The notes under the pieces are model-generated. The model searched no databases and was not told the DNA's origin. It saw only the letters and a list, made by a program, of their open reading frames with translations. DNA of 64,000 nt from Takakia lepidozioides. Its lineage: Eukaryota > Plantae > Bryophyta. Position numbers and translations under genes: made by a program. The stretch spans positions 11,222,001 to 11,286,000 of the forward strand of contig CM060734.1 in NCBI GenBank assembly GCA_030704615.1. Direction: 5' to 3'. This document shows, piece by piece, positions 23,601 to 36,352 of the stretch. Numbering within the stretch: the stretch's first letter is position 1; the number at the start of each line of letters is the position of its first letter.

Positions 23601-24303
23601 TCTTGTGACGCACCAAGGGTGACCGTCATGTTTTCTATCCATATCTGTCAACATTCCGGACGCTCTGGAATTGTCCGACAGAGGAGGGAACTCAAAAATG
23701 AAATTGTCGTCGACGTCTGGAGGAAGATGTGTGACGGATTTGATTGTGAACTTGTTGTAGACCAGCGCAGCCAGCTTGGAGCGGTGTCCCTCCGTCTGCA
23801 GCCCTCGCAAAATATCAAGAATGGATCGAGTTGCTGAGCTTGTACAAGGAATATGACTCCCTCCTCCATTGATGTCCATTTCGGACTTGTCTGATCTCCA
23901 AGATGATCTTGGAACTTCCATGACCTCATCTTCATTTTCATTGCAGAACTCTCTCTTTGAGATTCCAACTCTCAGATTTGCGGATTCTTTTGTGGAAGGC
24001 TGTCGAAGAGAAACCGCATTTGGCAGCAAAATGGGTTTCCCAACAGCCCTGAAAACGACGCTGTCTGATGGTGGAACTTGCCATTCCCTGCCGTCGCCAA
24101 AATCATCGTGGAGCACAACAATACTTTCGACAACAACTCCATTTCAATCCTTCCTTTCCTCCTCCAGGAATACTGACCCGGGTTTCAGGTGGTATCAGAC
24201 GCAAAGATATTTCTCGGCACCTGACAGATTCCCCTCTACACAAAATTGTAGCTCTGAGCGTGTGAGGAGGGCAGTACACTATAGCGCTAGAGTTTGCAGC
24301 CAT
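20658..24303 (-). mobile_element. Element E: internally deleted family copy (transposase pseudogene 21644-24303 plus 3' subterminal array)
   Basis: YHLKPGSVFLEEE, KHDGHPWCVTRTTN, KMSTCGPGSGVDLVRRM, ADMPTTNMAESVH and SWIM CNCADF..PCKH. 20658-21640 is paralogous to 34801-35580. Confidence 0.75.
21056..21226 (-). mobile_element. tRNA-derived SINE copy 2 with 8 bp TSD CGAATTTC
   Basis: Minus strand has GTAGCCCAGTGGTAA (A-box) and GGTTCAAACC (B-box). TSD at 21048-21055 and 21227-21234. Absent from the paralogous region at ~35200. Confidence 0.8.
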
Positions 24304-27300
24304 GGGAGACGTGCACAACGGACTGCGAGCACGGCGTTCGGGCAAGCGGCCTGGGAGAAGCAGGGAGGTAGCGAGGCGAGGCAATGCAATGCAGGGTCGA
24401 ACTTTCCGAGCGAGGAAGCATATCAGCCCACACTCCCAAAAATCCACTGTCGAGTTTTCACGAACCTAGTCTCCGAAGTGCGGCCCCTGGTCTTTGCGCA
24501 ATAACTGCCAACGGTGTGCAGTCAGAAGGCTGCAGACCTGTGCAGGTGCCCTGCAAAAAGTAATAATTGCGGCGTCTGACGAGAGGCGTGGGGGGCGAGC
24601 GTGCCAGCACCTTCCCCATGGACAAAGGGAATTGAAACAGGAGATGTGGCATTCCCCAGGGTTTGTTCCGATTTGAGTACAAGATTGAGTACTGGATGCG
24701 TGGGGGGGCGACCGTGCTAGCACCTTGCACATGGACAGGGGGAATGGTGGATGGGAGATTGAGTACTGCACTCTCTCAGACAAAAGTCAACATTCAATAC
24801 AAGTCAACATTGCAGAAAAAGTGGAACTTTTGTTCAAAGAAAACTTTTATTCATATAATGAACTGTGACAAGTATGCATGCAATATAAGCTTGAAGTATG
24901 CATGTAATCCATGTTCAGGTAAGTTCGGAATTTGCAGGCTAATGTCGATCCGGGACCTGGAGGCTGGCGACAAGATGGGTTGGGCTCAAGAACCGCCCAC
25001 CCATGAAGTGTGTCGCTAAGCTTGGCGGAGGGTCAGCGGTCGATGGAGGGAACTACCTCCCGCTATCATAAACTACCAGCAAACGCAGGTTTCAACTCCT
25101 ACGCTCACGGGGCATAATTCATTTGTTGTCTCCTACGGAATCTACTCCTAGCTAATTGTCTTCCAAGTCTTCTTTATTACGATTAACACGGCTTCACCCC
25201 GGAGCTTGTCAGTGTCCTTGGAAGATCTTCTTCATCTGGATTGACTGCTGCCGAAAGCGTTAAGGGCAAGCCGCTTAGGTCTGGGTTGCTTCACCACAAC
25301 ACGCCCCCGGATCGCATGTGTGTGCAAAGGGGTCGCCTACGTTCCCGCTATCCGAAGGGGAGAGCACACCCTAGCCTAGCCAAAAAACTCTTTACCTGGA
25401 CAATATCCCATTTTTCCGCTAGCTGCTAGGGCCCTTGGCTATTTTCTAGCACTAGATTTTGATAAGAAAAATGGAAAAAATACTATCCTAGGCAAGCTAT
25501 GATAATTAGGAAATAGACATAAAAATATTAGATTTATTTACCTCTGTTCCTATTTCCTGGTAATTTTCTAAACAGAAAACCCACTTCAAAATTAATTACT
25601 AAGGCTGAAAATTCACTAATTCTAGAAAAATAGGCATAAGGTAGGAATTCATCTAAGCTTTCCAATGATCCATGGCTTGGCCTCTAGATAATTCTCTAAC
25701 CCCCTTTCATTGCCCAAAAACCATTATCAGGATGTGGGAACCATAGGGAATTGGCCTAATAGGTCCAAACACCCCTAAGCCTTTAATACATAGCCCCTAG
25801 CCTCTAGATCTCAGGTTCAAACCCCCCCTAGAGCTACATGACTTGTTAAAATACCGGATGAAAAACTGCATTTATCATCCATGGGTCATCCACTGTTCAT
25901 CCCTGCAATGGATGAGAAACTACATTTATCCTGCCTTCATCCATCCTACATCCATTCTGAAGATGAAATACTGCTTATCTCATCCGCCCCTCATCCATCC
26001 ATTCCTAACCATCCACTATTCCACATTCCTCAAAAAACGCTCCTCACATATGAATAATATATTTTGGTGGGTCCGCTGTTGGTTCCTCCACCTTATCTAA
26101 GTGCATTTTAAGTCTCCGTGCAACCGGAAATGACTCCCTCTCCCACTTCAAACCCCCTTCTACCCCTCCCAAAAACTTTGTACTTATCGTCCGCTTTTCG
26201 TGAGCAAGGTGTCTCCGTGTGAGCCGAGCGGCTGATTTCCGATCTGACCACCTATGACATACCAAAACGAAGGCCTCGAAGACCTTCGCCTTCCATTCAA
26301 ATTCCCAACCCAACCGCTAAGGAGGCAACATCTCAACACTCCCTCAATCGAACTAGGCAAGACCATTCAAAAAGTATTTTCCGAGCTAAGAACCCCCCTT
26401 AACCTCTTACCCATTGGTCCGGACCATCCTGGTTACCCGCTGGTTGCAACACAGCGTGGCAGCACGTGGTAGGGCGGGCCGACGGACCGTTGGTCGCGGC
26501 CGCCCGGGTAAAGCGACGGACCGCTGGGTAAAGCCAGAATACGCTTAGGTGGCCAGCACGGCCTAAACCCCCCCCCCCCCCCCCGTGGCTGCTGTCGAGC
26601 AGCTTGGGGGCTGGGGTGGTCAACGCCTCGGATTCCGCGGGGCCTGCAGCCCGCTTCAATGCCAACTCATGGCTATTGCCATGGTATCCCCTTTATGGCG
26701 CCTCACTTTTGGGAACCCCATCATGAATCCATGGTCTTTTGCTTGCACCTAAAAAAAACAAAGAAATAAACACCAAGCTAACCCCAAAGGGGCTAGCCTA
26801 ACCTTCCCAAGGGTTAGCTATGGTCCTCCATAGCTTAACCAAGCTAGGGAGGCCATATTAGATCTGATTTTTTATCTGTAAATTAGTTATGCATGGAAAA
26901 AAAAATTCCAGCTACAAAATAAACTTGAAAAAAACATCACAAATTTGCTAGCTCTTCCACCTTGCTCCTCTCCTATGGGGGGGTGATATGCTTAACAAAG
27001 AGACAAATAAATGGCAAGTCTAGAAGGCTTAGTGCACACTAAGCTACACTCGCATGCGCCAAATGAAATGAAATAACAAAACAAAAGACGGTTTCCCACT
27101 AAGCTCTATGCAAGCATCTACCCAATATTAGTGGGTTAGCTTCCCTTGCATGCCTAGCTAGCTTCACACATGAACATCAAGCCTAGTGGCCAACAACAAA
27201 GAGAACCCACACCCCTCCTAGAGATCCCACTGCATGGTTAGCTCTCTAGGGGTTAAATCTTTCCACTCTTAAGCCAAAAGACAAAGCATAGATAAAAATG

Positions 27301-27435
27301 ACAACTCATTGGGCCTCTAAAGAGGGTTAGTCTCTTTCTTTCCCAAGCTCCTACTACTCCTTAGGTAGCTAGGATCAAGCTAAGGTTAGATATAAGCTTC
27401 CAACAACAATGGACAAGCAAGAGAACACCAAAGCT

Positions 27436-28401
27436 TCATTGCCTGCTCACTGTTGTACTGGTTTTTGAATTCGTGAGACCTGCAGATACCTTTGTCCCTT
27501 TCAAACTCCCTGAAGAAGCAGTTGTTCTACACAGCCCCCTTCCACTCCTGATATAGGCCTCCAACGTGATCCGGGGCTGAGCCATGGTGATTTTGTAGTC
27601 TGCCATTGACTCCCCAAGTACTGCCAGTACCGCTCGTTTTTCTAGCTGCAAGAAGAAGGTCATAAGAACTTGAGAGAGAACAAGAATGTAATGAATCAGT
27701 TCCAAATGGTTTACCAACAGTCTCACCTGGCTCCAGAATGTTGCTTTGTGCACCCACTGGTCAAATGCGTGGTCACTCACAACTTTGATTGTTTGTGTTT
27801 TTGAGTCCCTCTCGGGAGTTGGGAACATGTTTGTATCCCTCACAAGTGGATCCGAATTCCAGATCTCCAACCATCTTATTTTCGTTGCATTGTCCACCAT
27901 TGAGATAGACAGGCGATGCAGTTTCTCTTGGGTCATTTCGGGTTTGGATCCATATTTGTCGTAGTGCACTTTCATCTGCTCAAGAAATTTCGTGCCTAGA
28001 CTTGGATATGCTATGCGGATTTGTTTGTCGAACGCACTCATGAGGTTCTTCCTGTGGTTATCCATCTCAAATCTCATTATGTCCTCCACCCCCGTGGCAG
28101 ACCTCTCCTCTTCTGTGTGGGTTGCATAGTACTCGCTTTCGCCTTCAAGCCTTTCTCTGCAATTTCTTGCTGCATACATTGGCAAGGGACATCATCAAAT
28201 ACTAGAAATTCCTAGAGGAAACCAGTCTGAAAACAAACAGAAGTGAGGAGGCATACCGTGTACATGTAGTCAAGAAATGCCTCCCGTGTCAAGCTGTACC
28301 ATGCGCTGGTCTTCTTCTCAACACATCTCTTCATCTGCAGAGGACTCAACACGTTCGCAAAGGATTCCAGTGGCATCAACCCTATCTTTTGAACACGGAA
28401 T
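27436..28401 (-). pseudogene. ParB-domain gene copy 3 (middle exons); its upstream continuation is inverted at 29297-29476
   Basis: EKLHRLSISMVDNATKIRWLEIWNSD..HKATFWSQ and LEKRAVL; frameshifts present. Confidence 0.8.
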
Positions 28402-31400
28402 GAGTTATTTCATCTGGAAGAGGTTCGGGCAGATGCTGCAGATAACATGGCACAAATTCAAGAACAACAAAAAAAAAGAATATCAGAAGGGAAAGAAAAA
28501 TCTTTCCAAGATGGAGAAATTGTTTTGTGGCTACCAAAAATAAAAAAGATCAAACTGTGAGGGAAATTGAAAATGCCATGGATGGGACATTTTCAAATAA
28601 AAAAGGTACACGACAATGGAACTATCGATTTGCACACCCTGGAACAAGATTTCGTGGGACGAATAAATATTAACAAGTTAAAGAGCAACGAAGACATGAC
28701 AGAGGCCTCATCCATGACTTATACGCCAACGAGGAAGACCAAACCGCAGATGAAGAGCGTGAAACCTCCAATGCATACTACATCCATCATGATACCACAG
28801 TGGATCAGCATGTAATGAGACAAGTGGCAGTACGAGTTCACGGCACCGCCACGTTTTGACCATCATGAGTTTGGATGTGGGCCACCACGTATACCGTATG
28901 GAGAGCCGTGGCCAGCGCATATGCCCTACAGAACCGTGAACGAATACGAAGTAGCCAACGAGTCACTCCTTGTGTTGAACTCCGAGATGTACGCTCCAGA
29001 TGACCCCACAGACTGTGGTAATAATACACCACGAACCATCGATCATAACACGGAGCAAGAACGATGGCGTAATCCAACGGATTGCCAAAAGACAGCGGAA
29101 GATAAGGGCAAAGCCATTAAACCGATTTGCAAGTACTGCGCACACGCCGCACATCTAAAAACAGACCACTTTCCGAGATAGATGAATGCATCCAAGATGG
29201 ATGAATGCAAACCAAACGAACCAGGACAATCATCAACGACTATCATCCCAATCCAGGATGAACCACGAAGAAAACATCAACGAAAGAGAATCAAGAATCA
29301 CAAAGGACGCATCACACAGCTTTTGACAGCCATGCACGATATCAACAAGTAAGATTTCATATTGCGTTTTCTCTCCGTTCTGTGCTTTCAGAATTTCCCC
29401 AGTCATCTTATAAGTGTATGGTTTTTTGCAGGTCGAACGAAACCTCCCATGTGACGACCAATCTTTGTCACACTCTGGCCATTTCCCTGAGGATAATAAG
29501 CAGTGCTCTTGTGATGTACAATCATGAATTCCTCCGTCAAGCATTTTATGGCGTCATTCATAAAATGTGATCCTTGATCGCTGACAAATTCCAGTGGGCA
29601 ACCAAATCGTGTGATGATGTTCTCGTATAAGAACTTGGCTGTTGACCTGGCAGTGTTGTCTCTTAGTGCCTTGGCCTCTATCCACTTGGTAGTGTAATCA
29701 GTGGTTGTGAGAATGTATTGGTTCTGTGTGTACCTTGCTAGAGGTTTGATGGATCCCACGAAGTCTAGTCCCCAACGCTGAAATGGTTCTGTTGGTAGGC
29801 TTCCCATTCAGTGATGAATGCGGTCTTCTCTCGGTCTTCTTCTGCCATCTGTACCTGATTGTACCCACTGAATCCATCCATGAATGAGTACATCTCATGT
29901 CCTGCCACTGTGTACTATCTGTGTGAAAGGCAGTGGAAATGGATCTTTCTTGATTCCTGCATTTAATTTGCGGTAGTCTACACATACTCGTAATTTACCA
30001 TTCTTCTTGGGCACTATCACAATGGGTGATAACCATTATGGTGTCTCTACTGGGTATATGAATCCTGCATCCAGTAATTTCTTGATTTCTTCCCAAACCT
30101 TAGCTGTATAGTTGGGGTTCATTCTGTAACGGTTCTGACGAACTGATTTAGTGCCTCCAGCTCAATCCGGTGCTGGCAGATGTTGGGAGGTATGCCTTTC
30201 AGATCTTTGTAGTTCCAAGCGAATACATCCTTGTATTCCGTGAATAGTGTATTGGCTTCTTGTAGAAAGGATTCTTCCAGACTTGCACTTACTCGTATTA
30301 TTTGTGGTTCTTCCACTTTCCCAGATTCACTTGAATCAATTGTGTTTCTTCCGTCACTGTCCATCCTGCAATCTCCTGTCCGATGGTAGCAATCGTGGCA
30401 GGTACTTCACTGATGCTAATGTCTTCTTCTCTTTCTTAATAGAACCGAGCAGGGTGTTGAGGTGTGTCCATAGCCTCTTCCTCAGGATCTTCCGTTACTG
30501 AAGTACTTGTTTCTCCTTGGGTGTTCACCATGTGACATCCTACCGTTGTGGTATTTTTGACCACTAATTGACCAATGGGTTCTAACTGTGGATGCGCTGC
30601 ATACATTGTGGCTTCTTCTTCATCCGACAGTCCACTGGACCAGTCATACTCTTCCACTATGCAAGGTCATTTATCTCATGGAATCGTACCTCGTTGCTTC
30701 GTGGTGATAGTGACTTGTTCTGATCCCTTCTTGATCGCGAGAGTCTGACTTCCCCAATCGTGGTGCGATTGGGCTTGTGTTAACCATGGTCGGCCAAGTA
30801 GTAGCGAATATCCTTCTACCACATCTTCCATTCTGAGAATGGTTACTGATACTTTGTATACCAGTCCTGCTATTTCCATTGCAAGGCGTCTGATGATACC
30901 CAATGGCTGTACTTTCCGTTGATTGGCCATTTGTACGGTGAATGGAGCAGGTTCCATGTGCCCCAATCCTAGTGACTTCTTCATCTTTTCCGTCATGATA
31001 TTTACTCCCGATCCTCCGTCGATGAGTACATCCGTTACCAGCTTCCGTCCAATATGTACTTGTATTACCGGTATTGCTTCATCGTAGTCTGGAGCTCGTT
31101 GTATAATCGTGGGTTTAATCGTGTAAATCTCTGGTGCTGGTTTTTGTTTTTGTGAAGGGGTTAAAGCCTCAATTGCTCGAAATAAAGTTTTCTTGCAGTG
31201 TGGAGCAATTTTTAATAATTGTCCAATGGTAATTTGGGTCTTGGTCTGGCATATTACTTCAGCCAATGTTGTCTCCGTGGTTTCATTCGTGGTCTTAGTC
31301 ATTGGTCTGATCTGGAGTTGGATCTCCCATAGGTATATGAGTTCCTTCTGGTAATTGAGCTATGGCCTTGCTTACTTCCTGGTGTAAGCTCTTTTCTTCC

Positions 31401-33764
31401 TGCCATGCTGCACTTTCGGGATATTGTTTCCGGTCTTCTTCGGTTCCAGCTTGCTTATTTGGAGGTTTCTGCGTCTTGGCCCGAGTTCGGGTTACCGCAA
31501 GGGTATCCACTATAGGGGTTACCACACTCACGGCTACACTCGGTCCGGCTTCCATATTCCCCAATTCTGCCTCATGCTTGAGTCGCAACTGGCATTCGTG
31601 TTTCCAATGTCCCTCTTTCTTGCAATAATGGCATCTCGTGGTTTCCTTGTTTCTGGGTTGATGTTCTTTATCCCATGGTGGATAATCATCTCGTGGCCTC
31701 TGGTAACGATTACCTGTATTGTATCGTCTTGATCCGTCCAATCCTCCCTGTCGGACTTGGACTTGGTGTACTCCCACCTCTCGTGTGTACCCACTCTTCT
31801 TGGCCCATTGATTGTAAATACAATGGCTGGTATTACGATTGTTCATATGACAAACATCACAGTATTTGTCTTTCATATGGCATTCCGTTGCCAAATGTCA
31901 TGCATTGTGACACCATGTTGCCTTCCATGGTCCTTCTTCTTTAAAATTCTTGATAGCCTCTGCTATCTTCTGATCCAAGGTGGTTTTATCAATCACCTTT
32001 TTTTTTTTTGATTTGGGTTTTTCTTCATCATCAGAGTCTTCTTCTTCCAAGGGATTATTGGAATCTTTACTTCTACTCTGGTGAAACCCGAGTTCCAATT
32101 TCTTTGCAGTGCCTACTGCTTCAGCCAAAGTGTTATTAGGCATGACTGTAATCATGGTTACATATTCAGGACGAAGTCCATTGATGAACCATGACTTCTG
32201 TAAGTCATCACCTGGTGCTTGAGGTAGCTTCCTGATCATAGTCTTCATTCTTTCCAGGTAGTCAACTACCAGTTCTTTCTTTTTCTGTCTCAGATTCTGT
32301 AATCATGTGAAGTCAGATGTGGATTTGTTGGATGGATATCTTTCTTGGAATGTTGTTCTCATATCAGCCCAAATTTGCAAAATGATTGGCGGGAAATGTT
32401 GCCAACCACTCAATGCCTTTCCTGGCCATTGAGCAAGGAAACAACCGGATCTTCTCCTGATCTGTTGCTTCGTTGTAAATGGTGTACATGTTCTCAAATT
32501 GATTGAAATGAATATCTGGATCAGATTTCCCATCGTATAAAGGAAATGGTGGTCTGGTTTTGCTTGTTGCTAAAGCCATCGGTGCTGCTGGTGCAACTGG
32601 TGCTGCAGTTTGTCCAAACTGAAACGGTCCAGCTGCTGTTGAGGGTGTTGGTGTTGGGACTGTCACTACTAAGGGTGTTGCTGGTGTTTGTCTTCCAAAC
32701 AGAGATTCAAAACTCGGAGGTCCTTGTCCCAAAGATAGCCTCCTACCAGCAGCTGTCCCTACTAAGCTTAATGAATCTTTAAAAGATTTGAGTGCGGTTC
32801 GGGTTATCCTTTCTGGAGAAGCAGTTTCACTTCTATCACCTTCTTCACTTAAGATATTCTCAAACTTTTCTTCCAATATTTCAGCAAAACCTCGATTTGG
32901 ACTTGTTACCGTAGAGGGTCCTTCAGATCTTTCTTGTGGTAACCATTCACCAAGTGTATTACTTGCAACTCCTTCTGGTGTAGTGTTCTCACTTTCCGGA
33001 GATCTGATTTCCTGATCTTCTGGTTTATCACTGTCAATTTGTCTTGATGCCTCTCCTTGAATAATATTCAAGTTCTGTAATTCAGGGAACTCTTTTCTCA
33101 AAGGAGCTTCCATTTCTGCAGCATATTTCTCTATTCTTTCAGCTCTGTCTTGCTTAGCTTTTTCCTTATTTTCTTCATTCATTCCCACATCATATATAAA
33201 ATTCCTTTTCAGTACCCTTTCATAAGCCTTGGTATGTCAGTAAAGAAAATTATAGTGGTCTCTACCCTTTCTCCAAGATTACACCATCATGCCATAATCC
33301 GTAGTACGACTTAATTTTCCTTTACTGATTGATCACCAATCTTTTAATAGGCACAATAATACCATTTGTCTTTCTCAGTGTATCTGACTTGTAACAAGTC
33401 TTTGGGTATCCAGTACTCTACTGCTTTTATGATCATATGACTGAACATCCTTCCCTGAAGATATAACTAGTGTATCAAACTTTTCTGATCGGTAATAGAG
33501 TAATCAATAAAGCTAGACAAGATAGCCATTCCTCACTTCTGATTCTACATTCCCAAGGTGCTCGTGCAATACTGATCACTCCTCCCTTTAATCTTCTTTC
33601 GCAATTGAAAGAAAGATCTTCTGTTGTATTGCTACTGGTACGCCATGAAATTTTCCCAAGAATGTTTTTCATTCCTTTGCTTCTGTTGACTCGTTCTTTC
33701 GTGATTTCAAGAAATCACTGAGTAGCCATCCTTCCTTGAGTGCTCTGGAACTCAACATACCGTT

Positions 33765-33784
33765 AGTCCCCAGTATGGTCGCCA
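33765..33784 (-). promoter_or_regulatory. Primer-binding site TGGCGACCATACTGGGGACT (tRNA-Arg-like)
   Basis: Located 2 nt from the LTR end; complement resembles the 3' end of plant tRNA-Arg plus CCA. Confidence 0.7.
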
Positions 33785-33786
33785 AA

Positions 33787-34660
33787 TGTTAACCGCTGGT
33801 TGATGACTTAGACAAAACAGACTCTCATCACTACTGCCCATTTCCCAAGACATGCAACAGAGGTTGTCCGACGGTATGCCTTCGGAAACGATTACAGAGT
33901 AATCGTTTAAGGTTAGCTAAAACATGACAGTCTTATGAATCAACATCTATGTAGGTTGCTTAATCCTACTGATTAAGCCCGGCATGCAGTCCAATTAACC
34001 TAAAGACCTTAGTCAGAAAGGCTGAAGCCTCTTTGTTCATACAACAAGACAGTATACGAGACAACCAAGAGCTATTCTGAGATGATGCACATTCTCTCCA
34101 TCTCACGTTCTCTCATAATGCACATTCTTTCCATCTCACAATCACTCTATACAGAGATGCTTGGAATAGCATGGCTTTACTTCAGAGTCATCACATCATA
34201 GCACAAGTACACATTGAATCGCTATGATTCCACACCGATACACTCATACATCCTAAGTTGCGTGCAGTCCTTTTATACTATGCTTGAAAGAGCCGTTTAC
34301 AGCCTGCGGTCATTAATGACCGTTGCCTAACTGCCTACGCAACCTAAAAGGTTTGCCAAAAAGTGGCCCGTGGTCGTGGTCAGGACTCGTGGTCGTGTGC
34401 CTATCGTGGTACATGGGTCACGGCCTCTCACTAACCCTACTAGTAAAGCCTATGCTAGCGTGGTCGTGTGACATGGTGGTTCACGGCCCACGGCTGCTAT
34501 ACTACCCACTACTGCTCCTTGTGGTAGTGTTCCCGTGCTTTGCTACTGCTAAGTGCCGAGCACTTAGCCTTTTCTGCCTCGTGGCCGGGTAGTATGAAGT
34601 AAATCACTACCCGCCATGTACCTTCGTGGCTTTAGCTGCCCTGCCCTCGTGGCACTAACA
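33787..34660 (-). repeat. 5' LTR (TGTTA...TAACA, 874 bp)
   Basis: Inverted termini; PBS immediately adjacent. Confidence 0.75.
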
Positions 34661-34800
34661 CTTAGCCGTTATCAGCAAGCTCTCCTCGAATGTCAGTTTT
34701 GATGGTGATGGCATGTTTCGCGAGTTTCCTGTCGATTTCCAGCATCATGGTTTCATGGCCCTTGTGGGGGCCAGAGTCAGTTTTGATTCTTACAGAGTTT

Positions 34801-36352
34801 GAGGTTAGCTATTTCATGAGATGAGCGGCATGAGCGGCATGAGCGGCATAGCAAGACAATCGGTTTTCATGAGCAGAAGTACAAATTTCAAAAATTAAAA
34901 ACATTATAAAACATTAATTTAATGCAATGTGTCAGAAAAATCAAATATATTATTCGGCACCTTGAAGGGAAAATTATAGTTTTGAGAGTTGTGCTCATGA
35001 TATTTCGTCTTCCGCTCATGCCAATTCCCAGCGGCATGTGCAAAAATGGCGCCGAATTTCGCGGTAATAGGGTCCGTAACCGGAAAGAACCGCGACGTAT
35101 TTCGCGGTAATAGGTATCTCTGGCGAAAAATGGTGCCGAATTCCGCGGCTATAGGTCACCTCAGGACAGGTGTGTAAGCCCAAAATTTGGAAATGTGGCG
35201 CCGAATTTCGGTACATGGTGCCGGGGATTGCACAGATGTTGGGCAGTTCTGGGCCATGTAACTAGAAATTCGGCGCCATTTTTCCAGACATCGATCCCGA
35301 GCATGTTCGGACTTAGCCAGTTTTCGGCCCAAAATAGGGAAATTCGGCGCCATTTTTCCAGACACAGGGGTACCAGTGCATGTTGGGACTTAGCCAGTTT
35401 TCAGCCCAAAATAGAGAAATTCGGCGCCATTTTTCCAGAAATGGCCCCACAACTGCTTCTGTTGGATCTCAGTTTGAATGGAATATTGCCTCATTCCAGG
35501 AGTTTTGGGGTGCATTTCATTACACTACAAATACATGAAAATGCAATTGAAAATATCCATATGGAGGATTCCCTTTGCCCCATCAATGATTTCTGAAATC
35601 CCTAAGGAGGAGTTTGTGCAACTCGTTCACGCTCAACGCCGGTGCATGAATAAAGTCATCAATAGTCACGTTCATCCTCAACCTCTTCAGGTAAATGTAA
35701 TACAGATGCTTGCACGGATAATACTTTGAACCCTTCTTTGCTTCCATCAACGAGAAGTCCGTACAATTGCAAGTAGGCTCCACTCCAATCGTAATTGTGT
35801 ATACATCGTCGCGTACAGCCGAGCTCGCCGTTGCCATCCGATAAACACGCCCAAGGCTGGGTGGAGGTACGTCCACGGAGCTCTGAATAGTGCAAGCCAT
35901 CCCAAGAGCATTGGCAATCCGAGTCTCATTCAACTTGTTGGGAGGGTGTCGTCTCTTCACTTTTCCGAATCGCATTGTGGGATGTGCAGAATTGTCCAAT
36001 CCGTCTCTACTGGACCGAGCAGTCTGCAATGGCTGGGTCTGAGGAACTGGAAATGCGTGGGCCGGACGTCTGTGCGTTGCACCATTCGAAATCCTGCTGC
36101 AGATTGAGCATCCGCCTCATTCTGAGAGAGGCTGCAACCCGGTGCAACAGGCCAGACGCCCGGAGGCTCTAGCATTCCCTGAATCCCGTACTTGGGCTTG
36201 TCAAATACACATGTTATTATGTCGTGCCTATAGAACCAAAACGTCTGCGTTGTGGCATGAGCAAATGTGGGAGTTAAAAATCTGTCGCTGAAACAAGGTG
36301 CAGGTACAGCACCGTGTGGGTTCCTCCGAATCATCTCACCACAGCGTGCTCC
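34801..36352 (-). mobile_element. Element F: 3' part of a family copy (same subfamily as E)
   Basis: ORF 35583-36029 has SWIM CNCTDF..YPCKHLY; GGCGCC/GAATTTC subterminal array; shares boundary GAGGTTAGCTATTTCATGA with 20658. Confidence 0.8.

Larger units (their letters stand above)
28402..34660 (-). mobile_element. Tat/Athila-like (non-chromovirus) Ty3/Gypsy element, degenerate, with internal deletion and inverted 3' segment
   Basis: Gag (YDGKSDPDIHFNQF, SWFINGLRPE), knuckle CHYCKKEGHWKHEC, protease VLIDGGSGVN, partial RT (RVCVDYRKLN), integrase WGLDFVG..SDQGSHF..YYPQGNGQ. GPY/F-like tail lies on the + strand at ~28500-28700. Confidence 0.88.

Noticed and set aside
25200-27430. Possible second terminus of element E among the GGTTAGC/CATCC-rich sequences
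   Set aside because: No convincing inverted match to GAGGTTAGCTATTTCATGA and no family box.
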